Part shown: positions 63,517 to 64,000 of the stretch, piece by piece | Numbering within the stretch: position 1 is the first letter of the stretch | How the letters are laid out: the number at the start of each line of letters is the position of its first letter | Assembly: GCF_046119375.1 (NCBI RefSeq) | Contig: NW_027362771.1 | Location: 131,626,001 to 131,690,000, forward strand | Source: Phyllobates terribilis | Taxonomy: Eukaryota | Length of the DNA: 64,000 bases | Direction of reading: 5' to 3' | Position numbers and translations under genes: made by a program | Notes under the pieces: model-generated | The model's input: only the letters and a program-made list of their open reading frames with translations | What the model was told of the DNA's origin: nothing | Databases searched by the model: none

Positions 63517-64000
63517 TTATTGGTACCATGTCAGCCATTCTTCAATCCTGTGTCACCAACCCTGTTACAAGAGAGTCTAAGAAGATGAGATACAGCTGTC
63601 TGTCAATTACTGTGCTCAATTCCCTCAATATCCATGGATGAATGCCGTCTGTCAATATTTAATTTCCTTAGATGCAGCCGTACTTCTTGTGTAAACTAGT
63701 TATATCAAGTGGTGATAGGCTGTGTGCCCACGATGCGTTTTTCAAGCGTTTACGCTGCAGAATTTCCGCAGCGGAAACGCTTGATAAACCTTCCCCCCCA
63801 CCCCCCCCCCCCATGGTCTCCAATGCAATTCCGCACTTTCAATGCCCATGCTGCGAATTTTTCCACAGCGTTTATGCTGCGCTCAAAAATCCGCAGCATG
63901 TCCATTAATTTTGCGCAAGCGCTGCATTTTCGCCGCCATTGACTTGCATTAGAACGCGCCAATTCCACAAGACTGCATCTGTACTTGCGTAATTGGCGCG

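Overview
Vertebrate nuclear DNA, most likely an anuran amphibian (inferred from the repeat content and the CCDC59/METTL25 head-to-head arrangement). No prokaryotic features or CRISPR arrays are present. Two host genes are supported. CCDC59/TAP26 is complete on the - strand (4 coding exons, 51756->42018, 239 aa). METTL25 contributes its first coding exon on the + strand (60917-61127). A CpG-rich promoter at ~51.76-52.1 kb probably serves both genes. Much of the remainder is transposon-derived: an ORF-intact Tc1 element, decayed Tc1/hAT/Harbinger/DIRS/Gypsy/L2/CR1 copies, many MITEs, LTR elements with target-site duplications (TSDs), fold-backs and minisatellites. The most interesting signal is at 13.69-14.27 kb. 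It is a 1.7-mer of a ~331-nt unit, flanked by a 12-bp direct repeat. Each unit carries a minimal type I hammerhead ribozyme on the - strand, and the unit has an octamer plus a PSE-like snRNA-type promoter. This is a satellite-2/retrozyme-like architecture. Several further hammerhead-like cores occur in Penelope-type terminal-repeat relics. Family names come from recalled motifs; no database search was run.
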